Shown here in pieces: positions 22,479-41,835 of a stretch of DNA of 64,000 nt. Positions within the stretch are counted from its first letter, which is position 1; each line of letters opens with the position of its first letter. The DNA comes from the human T2T-CHM13v2.0 reference genome, Homo sapiens. The translations under genes and the position numbers were made by a program. The DNA is taken from the NCBI RefSeq assembly GCF_009914755.1, contig NC_060948.1. One strand, given 5' to 3'. The notes beneath the pieces are model-generated. The model was given only the letters and a program-made list of their open reading frames with translations. It was not told the DNA's origin and made no database searches.

Positions 22479-24583
22479 AGATCCATATTTTTTAAATGAA
22501 AAAAAATTTCAAAGGTACTCTGCTTGGTACAATAATCAAATGTATAAACTGAGGAATAAAACATAACCATGAAACCTACTTATAACTGCATATGGAAAAT
22601 ACAGAGGATAATTTTTTAAATAACATATTTTGAAAGCCTTAACTAGTAATTTGAAGAGTTGGCATTTGAAAGGCCAGTATGAATATACCTTCAAAGCAGC
22701 AACACAGGTTCCCCATGAGAAAAAGCAAACTCAGGGAAAATAAAACCACAAAGGTTCAATCTCTTCTGACCTTTGAAAGACACAGCACAGACAGTGGTCC
22801 TTAGGACGAAGAGCAGGAGACCCCTAATTCCGTCACCATGGCGATAGGGCATAAACATTGCTGGGTGAGGGCACAATCCACATTGTGAGGTCCAACTGCT
22901 GCCAGGAAGACAGGAGTGCTTTTACATAGACCGAAAGGTCATTGAAGGCTCAGAGTTTTGTTTCAAGAACTGAATCCCAAGCCCACACGTTATTAGGCTG
23001 CGCTTCTTAAAACAAGCTATGAGATGGGAAAAAGGGCACCCACAAACATACGTATACATTATGTATACAATAATATACAGTATCATATATATAATATATA
23101 TAACCTATGTATAATATTGTTTTACATCCTGCATCTTATACTATATATATTGTATAAAATATAATAATTGATAATATATAAGTTTTATATTTATATTATA
23201 TGACATATATTATATATTATAATTTATGATATATATATTATATGTTATATATCATATATAGAATATATTATACGGTTAATATACGTATTAAATATAAATT
23301 ATATATTATATACATTATATATAATATATCTGTTATATATAATACCCATTATGCATAATATATATATTATGTCTATGTTATATATAGTATAAAACAACAT
23401 ATAATAATATATAATTGTATATATAAAAGGTGACATATAATATATATTATATTTTATGACATATGTAATATATATTATATATTATATATAATACGTTGTA
23501 TGTATAATACCTATATTAAATATATATGATATGACTATGTTATTAATTACATGTCACATGTGTTATATATTATATATTTTACATACAATATACCGGTTAC
23601 ATACAATATATACTATCTTACCTACAATGTATAATTTATTACATGTAAAATAAAGAATGCAGTATATTATGTATAATTTATAATATACAATATGTGGAAT
23701 GTGATATATATAACATATAATATATGATATATGATATACACTATATGATATATAACATACAATATATGATACCTAATATATATGGTATACAATATATATT
23801 TTATGATATGTATTCTATATGTTCTATATTCTGTTACATATAACTATTTGAAATTATATATAACTGTATAATATTTTATGTAAATATGTAATATAATATA
23901 TATAACTATATAATATATTATATATAACTATATATTATGTTATATATACTTTTATAACATAATTTACATAAAATATCATAATATAATATATATTATATTA
24001 TTTCATATTACATAATATATATTACATATCACCAAATATAAGTAACATACATAATATTATAATATAGATTATATTATGTTATATTAAATATCATATATAT
24101 CATGTATCATATATTCTATAATATATATTATACATTATATAATATGTATGTTGTCTATTATGTGATATATATAACAATATATATAATTATATTATTATAC
24201 ATATAACTAGATAAACATGTAATTCTACATATTTTCATTTATAATATATAGAATTATATAATCATATATAATTATTTATATTCTATAAAAAATTATATCA
24301 TTATATAAATTATAATATATAAAAATTATAATATGTACTACAAATATATATATTATATATCATATATGATATGGTACCTTTGTTATATATCATAATACAT
24401 ATAAATGTGTATTATGTTATCTATAATTATATAATTTCATATATAAGATGTATAATATTTATTATATATTATATATGTTATGTAATATATATAGTATATA
24501 TAAGATGAGACAGGATAAATATTATATACTATGACATATAAAATATATGAGGTTATATGTTACATATAAGGCATAGCACATAA

Positions 24584-24898
<315 letters not shown>

Positions 24899-27003
24899 AG
24901 ATCCATATTTTTTAAATGAAAAAAAATTTCAAAGGTACTCTGCTTGGTACAATAATCAAATGTATAAACTGAGGAATAAAACATAACCATGAAACCTACT
25001 TATAACTGCATATGGAAAATACAGAGGATAATTTTTTAAATAACATATTTTGAAAGCCTTAACTAGTAATTTGAAGAGTTGGCATTTGAAAGGCCAGTAT
25101 GAATATACCTTCAAAGCAGCAACACAGGTTCCCCATGAGAACAAGCAAACTCAGGGAAAATAAAACCACAAAGGTTCAATCTCTTCTGACCTTTGAAAGA
25201 CACAGCACAGACAGTGGTCCTTAGGACGAAGAGCAGGAGACCCCTAATTCCGTCACCATGGCGATAGGGCATAAATATTGCTGGGTGAGGGCACAATCCA
25301 CCTTGTGAGGTCCAACTGCTGCCAGGAAGACAGGAGTGCTTTTACATAGACCGAAAGGTCATTGAAGGCTCAGAGTTTTGTTTCAAGAACTGAATCCCAA
25401 GCCCACACGTTATTAGGCTGCGCTTCTTAAAACAAGTTATGAGATGGGAAAAAGGGCACCCACAAACATACGTATACATTATGTATATAATAATATACAG
25501 TATCATATATATAATATATATAACCTATGTATAATATTGTTTTACATGCTGCATCTTATGTTATGTATATTGTATAAAATATAATAATTGATAATATATA
25601 AGTTTTATATTTATACAATATGACATATAGTATATATTATAATTTATGACATATATAATATATGTTATATATCATATATAGAATATATTATACGGTTAAT
25701 ATACGTATTAAATATAAATTATACATTATATATATTATATATAATATATCTGTTATATATAATACCCATTATGCATAATATATATATTATGTCTATGTTA
25801 TATATAGTATAAAACAACATATAATAATATATAATTGTATATATAAAATGAGACATATAATATATATTATATTTTATGACATATGTAATATATATTATAT
25901 ATTATATATAATACGTTGTATGTATAATACCTATAATAAATATATATTATATGACTATGTTATTAATTACATGTCACATGTGTTATATATTATATATTTT
26001 ACATAGAATATACCGGTTACATACAATATATACTATGTTACCTATAATGTATAATTTATTACATGTAAAACAAAGAATGCAGTATATTATGTATAATTTA
26101 TAATATACAATATGTGGAATGTGATATATATAACATATAATATATGATATATGATATACAGTATATGATATATACCATACAATATACGATACCTAATATA
26201 TATGGTATACAATATATATTTTATGATATGTATTCTATATGTTTTATATTCTGTTATATATAACTATTTGAAATTATATATAACTGTATAATATTTTATG
26301 TAAATATGTAATATAATATATATAACTATATAATATATTATATATAACTATATATTATGTTATATATACTTTTATAACATAATTTACATAAAATATCATA
26401 ATATAATATATATTATATTATTTCATATTACATAATATATATTACATATCACCAAATATAAGTAACATACATAATATTATAATATAGATTATATTATGTT
26501 ATATTAAATATCATATATATCATGTATCATATATTCTATAATATATATTATACATTATATAATATGTATGTTGTCTATTATGTGATATATATAACTATAT
26601 ATATAATTATATTATTATACATATAACTAGATAAACATGTAATTCTACATATTTTCATTTATAATATATAGAATTATATAATCATATATAATTATTTATA
26701 TTCTATAAAAAATTATATCATTATATAAATTATAATATATAAAAATTATAATATGTACTACAAATATATATATTATATATCATATATGATATAGTACCTT
26801 TGTTATATATCATAATACATATAAATGTGTATTATGTTATCTATAATTATATAATTTCATATATAAGATGTATAATATTTATTATATATTATATATGTTA
26901 TGTAATATATATAGTATATATAAGATGACACAGGATAAATATTATATACTATGACATATAAAATATATGAGGTTATATGTTACATATAAGGCATAGCACA
27001 TAA

Positions 27004-27318
<315 letters not shown>

Positions 27319-29422
27319 AGATCCATATTTTTTAAATGAAAAAAAATTTCAAAGGTACTCTGCTAGGTACAATAATCAAATGTATAAACTGAGGAAGAAA
27401 ACATAACCATGAAACCTACTTATAACTGCATATGGAAAATACAGAGGATAATTTTTTAAATAACATATTTTGAAAGCCTTAACTAGTAATTTGAAGAGTT
27501 GGCATTTGAAAGGCCAGTATGAATATACCTTCAAAGCAGCAACACAGGTTCCCCATGAGAAAAAGCAAACTCAGGGAAAATAAAACCACAAAGGTTCAAT
27601 CTCTTCTGACCTTTGAAAGACACAGCACAGACAGTGGTCCTTAGGACGAAGAGCAGGAGACCCCTAATTCCGTCACCATGGCGATAGGGCATAAACACTG
27701 CTGGGTGAGGGCACAATCCACATTGTGAGGTCCAACTGCTGCCAGGAAGACAGGAGTGCTTTTACATAGACCGAAAGGTCATTGAAGGCTCAGAGTTTTG
27801 TTTCAAGAACTGAATCCCAAGCCCACACGTTATTAGGCTGCGCTTCTTAAAACAAGTTATGAGATGGGAAAAAGGGCACCCACAGACATACGTATACATT
27901 ATGTATATAATAATATACAGTATCATATATATAATATATATAACCTATGTATAATATTGTTTTACATCCTGCATCTTATACTATATATATTGTATAAAGT
28001 ATAATAATTGATAATATATAAATTTTATATTTATACAATATGACATATAGTATATATTATAATTTATGACATATATAATATATGTTATATATCATATATA
28101 GAATATATTATACGGTTAATATACGTATTAAATATAAATTATACATTATATATATTATATATAATATATCTGTTACATATAATACCCATTATGCATAATA
28201 TATATATTATGTCTATGTTATATATAGTATAAAACAACATATAATAATATATAATTGTATATATAAAATGCGACATATAATATATATTATATTTTATGAC
28301 ATATGTAATATATATTATATATTATATATAATACGTTGTATGTATAATACCTAAAATAAATATATATTATATGACTATGTTATTAATTACATGTCACATG
28401 TGTTATATATTATATATTTTACATAGAATATACCGGTTACATACAATATATACTATGTTACCTATAATGTATAATTTATTACATGTAAAATAAAGAATGC
28501 AATATATTATGTATAATTTATAATATACAATATGTGGAATGTGATATATATAACATATAATATATGATATATGATATACAGTATATGGTATATAACATAC
28601 AATATATGATACCTAATATATATGGTATACAATATATATTTTATGATATGTATTCTATATGTTTTATATTCTGTTATATATAACTATTTGAAATTATATA
28701 TAACTGTATAATATTTTATATAAATATGTAATATAATATATATAACTATATAATATATTATATATAACTACATATTATGTTATATATACTTTTATAACAT
28801 AATTTACATAAAATATCATAATATAATATATATTATATTATTTCATATTACATAATATATATTACATATCACCCAATATAAGTAACATACATAATATTAT
28901 AATATAGATTATATTATGTTATATTAAATATCATATATATCATGTATCATATAATCTATAATATATATTATACATTATATAATACGTATGTTGTCTATTA
29001 TGTGATATATATAACTCTATATATAATTATATTATTATACATATAACTAGATAAACATGTAATTCTACATATTTTCATTTATAATGTATAGAATTATATA
29101 ATCATATAAATTATTTATGTTCTATAAAAAATTATATCATTATATAAATTATAATATATAAAAATTATAATATGTACTACAAATATATATATTATATATC
29201 ATATATGATGTAGTACCTTTGTTATATATCATAATACATATAAATGTGTATTATGTTATCTATAATTATATAATTTCATATATAAGATGTATAATATTTA
29301 TTATATATTATATATGTTATGTAATATATATAGTATATATAAGATGACACAGGATAAATATTATATACTATGACATATAAAATATATGAGGTTATATGTT
29401 ACATATAAGGCATAGCACATAA

Positions 29423-29737
<315 letters not shown>

Positions 29738-31841
29738 AGATCCATATTTTTTAAATGAAAAAAAATTTCAAAGGTACTCTGCTAGGTACAATAATCAAAT
29801 GTATAAACTGAGGAAGAAAACATAACCATGAAACCTACTTATAACTGCATATGGAAAATACAGAGGATAATTTTTTAAATAACATATTTTGAAAGCCTTA
29901 ACTAGTAATTTGAAGAGTTGGCATTTGAAAGGCCAGTATGAATATACCTTCAAAGCAGCAACACAGGTTCCCCATGAGAAAAAGCAAACTCAGGGAAAAT
30001 AAAACCACAAAGGTTCAATCTCTTCTGACCTTTGAAAGACACAGCACAGACAGTGGTCCTTAGGACGAAGAGCAGGAGACCCCTAATTCCGTCACCATGG
30101 CGATAGGGCATAAACACTGCTGGGTGAGGGCACAATCCACATTGTGAGGTCCAACTGCTGCCAGGAAGACAGGAGTGCTTTTACATAGACCGAAAGGTCA
30201 TTGAAGGCTCAGAGTTTTGTTTCAAGAACTGAATCCCAAGCCCACACGTTATTAGGCTGCGCTTCTTAAAACAAGTTATGAGATGGGAAAAAGGGCACCC
30301 ACAGACATACGTATACATTATGTATATAATAATATACAGTATCATATATATAATATATATAACCTATGTATAATATTGTTTTACATCCTGCATCTTATAC
30401 TATATATATTGTATAAAGTATAATAATTGATAATATATAAATTTTATATTTATACAATATGGCATATAGTATATATTATAATTTATGACATATATAATAT
30501 ATGTTATATATCATATATAGAATATATTATACGGTTAATATACGTATTAAATATAAATTATACATTATATATATTATATATAATATATCTGTTACATATA
30601 ATACCCATTATGCATAATATATATATTATGTCTATGTTATATATAGTATAAAACAACATATAATAATATATAATTGTATATATAAAATGCGACATATAAT
30701 ATATATTATATTTTATGACATATGTAATATATATTATATATTATATATAATACGTTGTATGTATAATACCTAAAATAAATATATATTATATGACTATGTT
30801 ATTAATTACATGTCACATGTGTTATATATTATATATTTTACATAGAATATACCGGTTACATACAATATATACTATGTTACCTATAATGTATAATTTATTA
30901 CATGTAAAATAAAGAATGCAATATATTATGTATAATTTATAATATACAATATGTGGAATGTGATATATATAACATATAATATATGATATATGATATACAG
31001 TATATGATATATAACATACAATATATGATACCTAATATATATGGTATACAATATATATTTTATGATATGTATTCTATATGTTTTATATTCTGTTATATAT
31101 AACTATTTGAAATTATATATAACTGTATAATATTTTATATAAATATGTAATATAATATATATAACTATATAATATATTATATATAACTACATATTATGTT
31201 ATATATACTTTTATAACATAATTTACATAAAATATCATAATATAATATATATTATATTATTTCATATTACATAATATATATTACATATCACCCAATATAA
31301 GTAACATACATAATATTATAATATAGATTATATTATGTTATATTAAATATCATATATATCATGTATCATATAATCTATAATATATATTATACATTATATA
31401 ATACGTATGTTGTCTATTATGTGATATATATAACTATATATATAATTATATTATTATACATATAACTAGATAAACATGTAATTCTACATATTTTCATTTA
31501 TAATGTATAGAATTATATAATCATATAAATTATTTATGTTCTATAAAAAATTATATCATTATATAAATTATAATATATAAAAATTATAATATGTACTGCA
31601 AATATATATATTATATATCATATATGATATAGTACCTTTGTTATATATCATAATACATATAAATGTGTATTATGTTATCTATAATTATATAATTTCATAT
31701 ATAAGATGTATAATATTTATTATATATTATATATGTTATGTAATATATATAGTATATATAAGATGACACAGGATAAATATTATATACTATGACATATAAA
31801 ATATATGAGGTTATATGTTACATATAAGGCATAGCACATAA

Positions 31842-32156
<315 letters not shown>

Positions 32157-34260
32157 AGATCCATATTTTTTAAATGAAAAAAAATTTCAAAGGTACTCTG
32201 CTTGGTACAATAATCAAATGTATAAACTGAGGAATAAAACATAACCATGAAACCTACTTATAACTGCATATGGAAAATACAGAGGATAATTTTTTAAATA
32301 ACATATTTTGAAAGCCTTAACTAGTAATTTGAAGAGTTGGCATTTGAAAGGCCAGTATGAATATACATTCAAAGCAGCAACACAGGTTCCCCATGAGAAA
32401 AAGCAAACTCAGGGAAAATAAAACCACAAAGGTTCAATCTTTTCTGACCTTTGAAAGACACAGCACAGACAGTGGTCCTTAGGACGAAGAGCAGGAGACC
32501 CCTAATTCCGTCACCATGGCGATAGGGCATAAACACTGCTGGGTGAGGGCACAATCCACATTGTGAGGTCCAGCTGCTGCCAGGAAGACAGGAGTGCTTT
32601 TACATAGACCGAAAGGTCATTGAAGGCTCAGAGTTTTGTTTCAAGAACTGAATCCCAAGCCCACACGTTATTAGGCTGCGCTTCTTAAAACAAGTTATGA
32701 GATGGGAAAAAGGGCACCCACAAACATACGTATACATTATGTATATAATAATATACAGTATCATATATATAATATATATAACCTATGTATAATATTGTTT
32801 TACATCCTGCATCTTATATTATATATATTGTATAAAATATAATAATTGATAATATATAAGTTTTATATTTATACAATATGACATATAGTATAAATTATAA
32901 TTTATGACATATAATGTATATGTTATATATCATATATAGAATATATTATACGGTTAATATACGTATTAAATATAAATTATACATTATATATATTATATAT
33001 AATATATCTGCTATATATAATACGCATTATGCATATTATATATATTATGTCTATGTTATATATAGTATAAAACAACATATAATAATATATAATTGTATAT
33101 ATAAAATGCGACATATAATATATATTATATTTTATCACATATGTAATATATATTATATATTATATATAATACGTTGTATGTATAATACCTAAAATAAATA
33201 TATATTATATGACTATGTTATTAATTACATGTCAGATGTGTTATATATTATATATTTTACATAGAATATACCGGTTACATACAATATATACTATGTTACC
33301 TATAATGTATAATTTATTACATGTAAAATAAAGAATGCAATATATTATGTATAATTTATAATATACAATATGTGGAATGTGATATATATAACATACAATA
33401 TATGATATATGATATACAGTATATGATATATAACATACAATATATGATACCTAATATATATGGTATACAATATATATTTTATGATATGTATTCTATATGT
33501 TTTATATTCTGTTATATATAACTATTTGAAATTATATATAACTGTATAATATTTTATGTAAATATGTAATATAATATATATAAATATATAATATATTATA
33601 TATAACTACATATTATGTTATATATACTTTTATAACATAATTTACATAAAATATCATAATATAATATATATTATATTATTTCATATTACATAATATATAT
33701 TACATATCACCCAATATAAGTAACATACATAATATTATAATATAGATTATATTATGTTATATTAAATATCATATATATCATGTATCATATAATCTATAAT
33801 ATATATTATACATTATATAATATGTATGTTGTCTATTATGTGATATATATAACTATATATATAATTATATTATTATACATATAACTAGATAAACATGTAA
33901 TTCTACATATTTTCATTTATAATGTATAGAATTATATAATCATATAAATTATTTATATTCTATAAAAAATTATATCATTATATAAATTATAATATATAAA
34001 AATTATAATATGTACTACAAATATATATATTATATATCATATATGATATAGTACCTTTGTTATATATCATAATACATATAAATGTGTATTATGTTATCTA
34101 TAACTATATAATTTCATATATAAGATGTATAATATTTATTATATATTATATATGTTATGTAATATATATAGTATATATAAGATGATACAGGATAAATATT
34201 ATATACTATGACATATAAAATATATGAGGTTATATGTTACATATAAGGCATAGCACATAA

Positions 34261-34575
<315 letters not shown>

Positions 34576-36680
34576 AGATCCATATTTTTTAAATGAAAAA
34601 AAATTTCAAAGGTACTCTGCTTGGTACAATAATCAAATGTATAAACTGAGGAATAAAACATAACCATGAAACCTACTTATAACTGCATATGGAAAATACA
34701 GAGGATAATTTTTTAAATAACATATTTTGAAAGCCTTAACTAGTAATTTGAAGAGTTGGCATTTGAAAGGCCAGTATGAGTATACCTTCAAAGCAGCAAC
34801 ACAGGTTCCCCATGAGAAAAAGCAAACTCAGGGAAAATAAAACCACAAAGGTTCAATCTCTTCTGACCTTTGAAAGACACAGCACAGACAGTGGTCCTTA
34901 GGACGAAGAGCAGGAGACCCCTAATTCCGTCACCATGGCGATAGGGCATAAACACTGCTGGGTGAGGGCACAATCCACATTGTGAGGTCCAACTGCTGCC
35001 AGGAAGACAGGAGTGCTTTTACATAGACCGAAAGGTCATTGAAGGCTCAGAGTTTTGTTTCAAGAACTGAATCCCAAGCCCACACGTTATTAGGCTGCGC
35101 TTCTTAAAACAAGTTATGAGATGGGAAAAAGGGCACCCACAAACATACGTATACATTATGTATATAATAATATACAATATCATATATATAATATATATAA
35201 CCTATGTATAATATTGTTTTACATCCTGCATCTTATATTATATATATTGTATAAAATACAATAATTGATAATATATAAGTTTTATATTTATACAATATGA
35301 CATATAGTATAAATTATAATTTATGACATATAATATATATGTTATATATCATATATAGAATATATTATACGGTTAATATACGTATTAAATATAAATTATA
35401 CATTATATATATTATATATAATATATCTGCTATATATAATACGCATTATGCATATTATATATATTATGTCTATGTTATATATAGTATAAAACAACATATA
35501 ATAATATATAATTGTATATATAAAATGCGACATATAATTTATAATATATTTTATGACATATGTAATATATATTATATATTATATATAATACGTTGTATGT
35601 ATAATACCTATATTAAATATATATTATATGACTATGTTATTAATTACATGTCACATATGTTATATATTATATATTTTACATAGAATGTACCGGTTACATA
35701 CAATATATACTATGTTACCTATAATGTATAATTTATTACATGTAAAATAAAGAATGCAATATATTATGTATAATTTATAATATACAATATGTGGAATGTG
35801 ATATATATAACATATAATATATGATATATGATATACAGTATATGATATATAACATACAATATATGATACCTAACATATATGGTATACAATATATATTTTA
35901 TGATATGTATTCTCTATGTTTTATATTCTCTTATATATAACTATTTGAAATTATATATAACTGAGTAATATTTTATGTAAATATGTAATATAATATATAT
36001 AACTATATAATATATTATATATAACTATATATTATGTTATATATACTTTTATAACATAATTTACATAAAATATCATAATATAATATATATTATATTATTT
36101 CATATTACATAATATATATTACATATCACGCAATATAAGTAACATACATAATATTATAATATAGATTATATTATGTTATATTAAATATCATATATATCAT
36201 GTATCATATATTCTATAATATATATTATACATTATATAATATGTATGTTGTCTATTATGTGATATATATAACTATATATATAATTATATTATTATACATA
36301 TAACTAGATAAACATGTAATTCTACATATTTTCATTTATAATATATAGAATTATATAATCATATATAATTATTTATATTCTATAAAAAATTATATCATTA
36401 TATAAATTATAATATATAAAAATTATAATATGTACTACAAATATATATATTATATATCATATATGATATAGTACCTTTGTTATATATCATAATACATATA
36501 AATGTGTATTATGTTATCTATAATTATATAATTTCATATATAAGATGTATAATATTTATTATATATTATATATGTTATGTAATATATATAGTATATATAA
36601 GATGAGACAGGATAAATATTATATACTATGACATATAAAATATATGAGGTTATATGTTACATATAAGGCATAGCACATAA

Positions 36681-36995
<315 letters not shown>

Positions 36996-39100
36996 AGATC
37001 CATATTTTTTAAATGAAAAAAAATTTCAAAGGTACTCTGCTTGGTACAATAATCAAATGTATAAACTGAGGAATAAAACATAACCATGAAACCTACTTAT
37101 AACTGCATATGGAAAATACAGAGGATAATTTTTTAAATAACATATTTTGAAAGCCTTAACTAGTAATTTGAAGAGTTGGCATTTGAAAGGCCAGTATGAA
37201 TATACCTTCAAAGCAGCAACACAGGTTCCCCATGAGAAAAAGCAAACTCAGGGAAAATAAAACCACAAAGGTTCAATCTCTTCTGACCTTTGAAAGACAC
37301 AGCACAGACAGTGGTCCTTAGGACGAAGAGCAGGAGACCCCTAATTCCGTCACCATGGCGATAGGGCATAAACACTGCTGGGTGAGGGCACAATCCACAT
37401 TGTGAGGTCCAACTGCTGCCAGGAAGACAGGAGTGCTTTTACATAGACCGAAAGGTCATTGAAGGCTCAGAGTTTTGTTTCAAGAACTGAATCCCAAGCC
37501 CACACGTTATTAGGCTGCGCTTCTTAAAACAAGTTATGAGATGGGAAAAAGGGCACCCACAGACATACGTATACATTATGTATATAATAATATACAGTAT
37601 CATATATATAATATATATAACCTATGTATAATATTGTTTTACATCCTGCATCTTATACTATATATATTGTATAAAATATAATAATTGATAATATATAAAT
37701 TTTATATTTATACAATACGACATATAGTATATATTATAATTTATGACATATATAATATATGTTATATATCATATATAGAATATATTATACGGTTAATATA
37801 CGTATTAAATATAAATTATACATTATATATATTATATATAATATATCTGTTATATATAATACCCATTATGCATAATATATATATTATGTCTATGTTATAT
37901 ATAGTATAAAACAACATATAATAATATATAATTGTATATATAAAATGCGACATATAATATATATTATATTTTATGACATATGTAATATATATTATATATT
38001 ATATATAATACGTTGTATATATAATACCTATATTAAATATATGTTATATGACTGTGTTATTAATTACATGTCACATATGTTATATATTATATATTTTACA
38101 TAGAATATACCGGTTACATACAATATATACTATGTTACGTATAATGTATAATTTATTACATGTAAAATAAAGAATGCAATATATTATGTGCAATTTATAA
38201 TATACAATATGTGGAATGTGATATATATAACATATAATATATGATATATGATATACAGTATATGATATATAACATACAATATATGATACCTAATATATAT
38301 GGTATACAATATATATTTTATGATATGTATTCTATATGTTTTATATTCTGTTATATATAACTATTTGAAATTATATATAACTGTATAATATTTTATGTAA
38401 ATATGTAATATAATATATATAAATATATAATATATTATATATAACTATATATTATGTTATATATACTTTTATAACATAATTTACATAAAATATCATAATA
38501 TAATATATACTATATTATTTCACATTACATAATATATATTACGTATCACCCAATATAAGTAACATACCTAATATTATAATATAGATTATATTATGTTATA
38601 TTAAATATCATATATATCATGTATCATATATTCTATAATATATATTATACATTATATAATATGTATGTTGTCTATTATGTGATATATATAACTATATATA
38701 TAATTATATTATTATACATATAACTAGATAAACATGTAATTCTACATATTTTCATTTATAATATATAGAATTATATAATCATATATAATTATTTATATTC
38801 TATAATAAATTATATCATTATATAAATTATAATATATAAAAATTATAATATGTACTACAAATATATATATTACATATCATATATGATATAGTACCATTGT
38901 TATATATCATAATACATATAAATGTGTATTATGATATCTATAATTATATAATTTCATATATAAGATGTATAATATGTATTATATATTATATATGTTATGT
39001 AATATATATAGTATATATAAGATGACACAGGATAAATATTATATACTATGACATATAAAATATATGAGGTTATATGTTACATATAAGGCATAGCACATAA

Positions 39101-39415
<315 letters not shown>

Positions 39416-41520
39416 AGATCCATATTTTTTAAATGAAAAAAAATTTCAAAGGTACTCTGCTTCGTACAATAATCAAATGTATAAACTGAGGAATAAAACA
39501 TAACCATGAAACCTACTTATAACTGCATATGGAAAATACAGAGGATAATTTTTTAAATAACATATTTTGAAAGTCTTAACTAGTAATTTGAAGAGTTGGC
39601 ATTTGAAAGGCCAGTATGAATATACCTTCAAAGCAGCAACACAGGTTCCCCTTGAGAAAAATCAAACTCAGGTAAAATAAAACCACAAAGGTTCAATCTC
39701 TTCTGACCATTGAAAGACACAGCACAGACAGTGGTCCTTAGGACGAAGAGCAGGAGACCCCTAATTCCGTCACCATGGCGATAGGGCATAAACACTGCTG
39801 GGTGAGGGCACAATCCACATTGTGAGGTCCAACTGCTGCCAGGAAGACAGGAGTGCTTTTACATAGACCGAAAGGTCATTGAAGGCTCAGAGTTTTGTTT
39901 CAAGAACTGAATCCCAAACCCACACGTTATTAGGCTGCGCTTCTTAAAACAAGTTATGAGATGGGAAAAAGGGCACCCACAAACATACGTATACATTATG
40001 TATATAATAATATACAGTATCATATATATAATATATATAACCTATGTATAATATTGTTTTACATCCTGCATCTTATATTATATATATTGTATAAAATATA
40101 ATTATTGATAATATATAAATTTTATATTTATACATTATGACATATAGTATATATTATAATTTATGACATATATAATATATGTTATATATCATATATAGAA
40201 TATATTATACGGTTAATATACGTATTAAATATAAATTATACATTATATATATTATATATAATATATCTGCTATATATAATACCCATTATGCATAATATAT
40301 ATATTATGTCTATGTTATATATAGTATAAAACAACATATAATAATAAATAATTGTATATATAAAATGCGACATATAATATATATTATATTTTATGACATA
40401 TGTAATATATATTATATATTATATATAATACGTTGTATGTATAATACCTATAATAAATATATATTATATGACTATGTTATTAATTACATGTCACATGTGT
40501 TATATATTATATATTTTACATAGAATATACCGGTTACATACAATATATACTATGTTACCTATAATGTATATTTTATTACATGTGAAATAAAGAATGCAAT
40601 ATATTATGTATAATTTATAATATACAATATGTGGAATGTGATATATATAACATATAATATATGATATATGATATACAGTATATGATATATAACATACAAT
40701 ATATGATACCTAATATATATGGTATACAATATATATTTTATGATATGTATTCTATATGTTCTATATTCTGTTACATATAACTATTTGAAATTATATATAA
40801 CTGTATAATATTTTATGTAAATATGTAATATAATATATATAACTATATAATATATTATATATAACTATATATTATGTTATATATACTTTTATAACATAAT
40901 TTACATAAAATATCATAATATAATATATATTATATTATTTCATATTACATAATATATATTACATATCACCCAATATAAGTAACATACATAATATTATAAT
41001 ATAGATTATATTATGTTATATTAAATATCATATATATCATGTATCATATATTCTATAATATATATTATACATTATATAATATGTATGTTGTCTATTATGT
41101 GATATATATAACAATATATATAATTATATTATTATACATATAACTAGATAAACATGTAATTCTACATATTTTCATTTATAATATTTAGAATTATATAATC
41201 ATATATAATTATTTATATTCTATAAAAAATTATATCATTATATAAATTATAATATATAAAAATTATAATATGTACTACAAATATATATATTATATATCAT
41301 ATATGATATGGTACCTTTGTTATATATCATAATACATATAAATGTGTATTATGTTATCTATAATTATATAATTTCATATATAAGATGTATAATATTTATT
41401 ATATATTATATATGTTATGTAATATATATAGTATATATAAGATGAGACAGGATAAATATTATATACTATGACATATAAAATATATGAGGTTATATGTTAC
41501 ATATAAGGCATAGCACATAA

Positions 41521-41835
<315 letters not shown>

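Noticed and set aside
24956-25144. 62-aa and 70-aa minus-strand ORFs (also 58833-59045)
   Set aside because: These exist only because a private SNP or frameshift gives an alternative start in satellite sequence.
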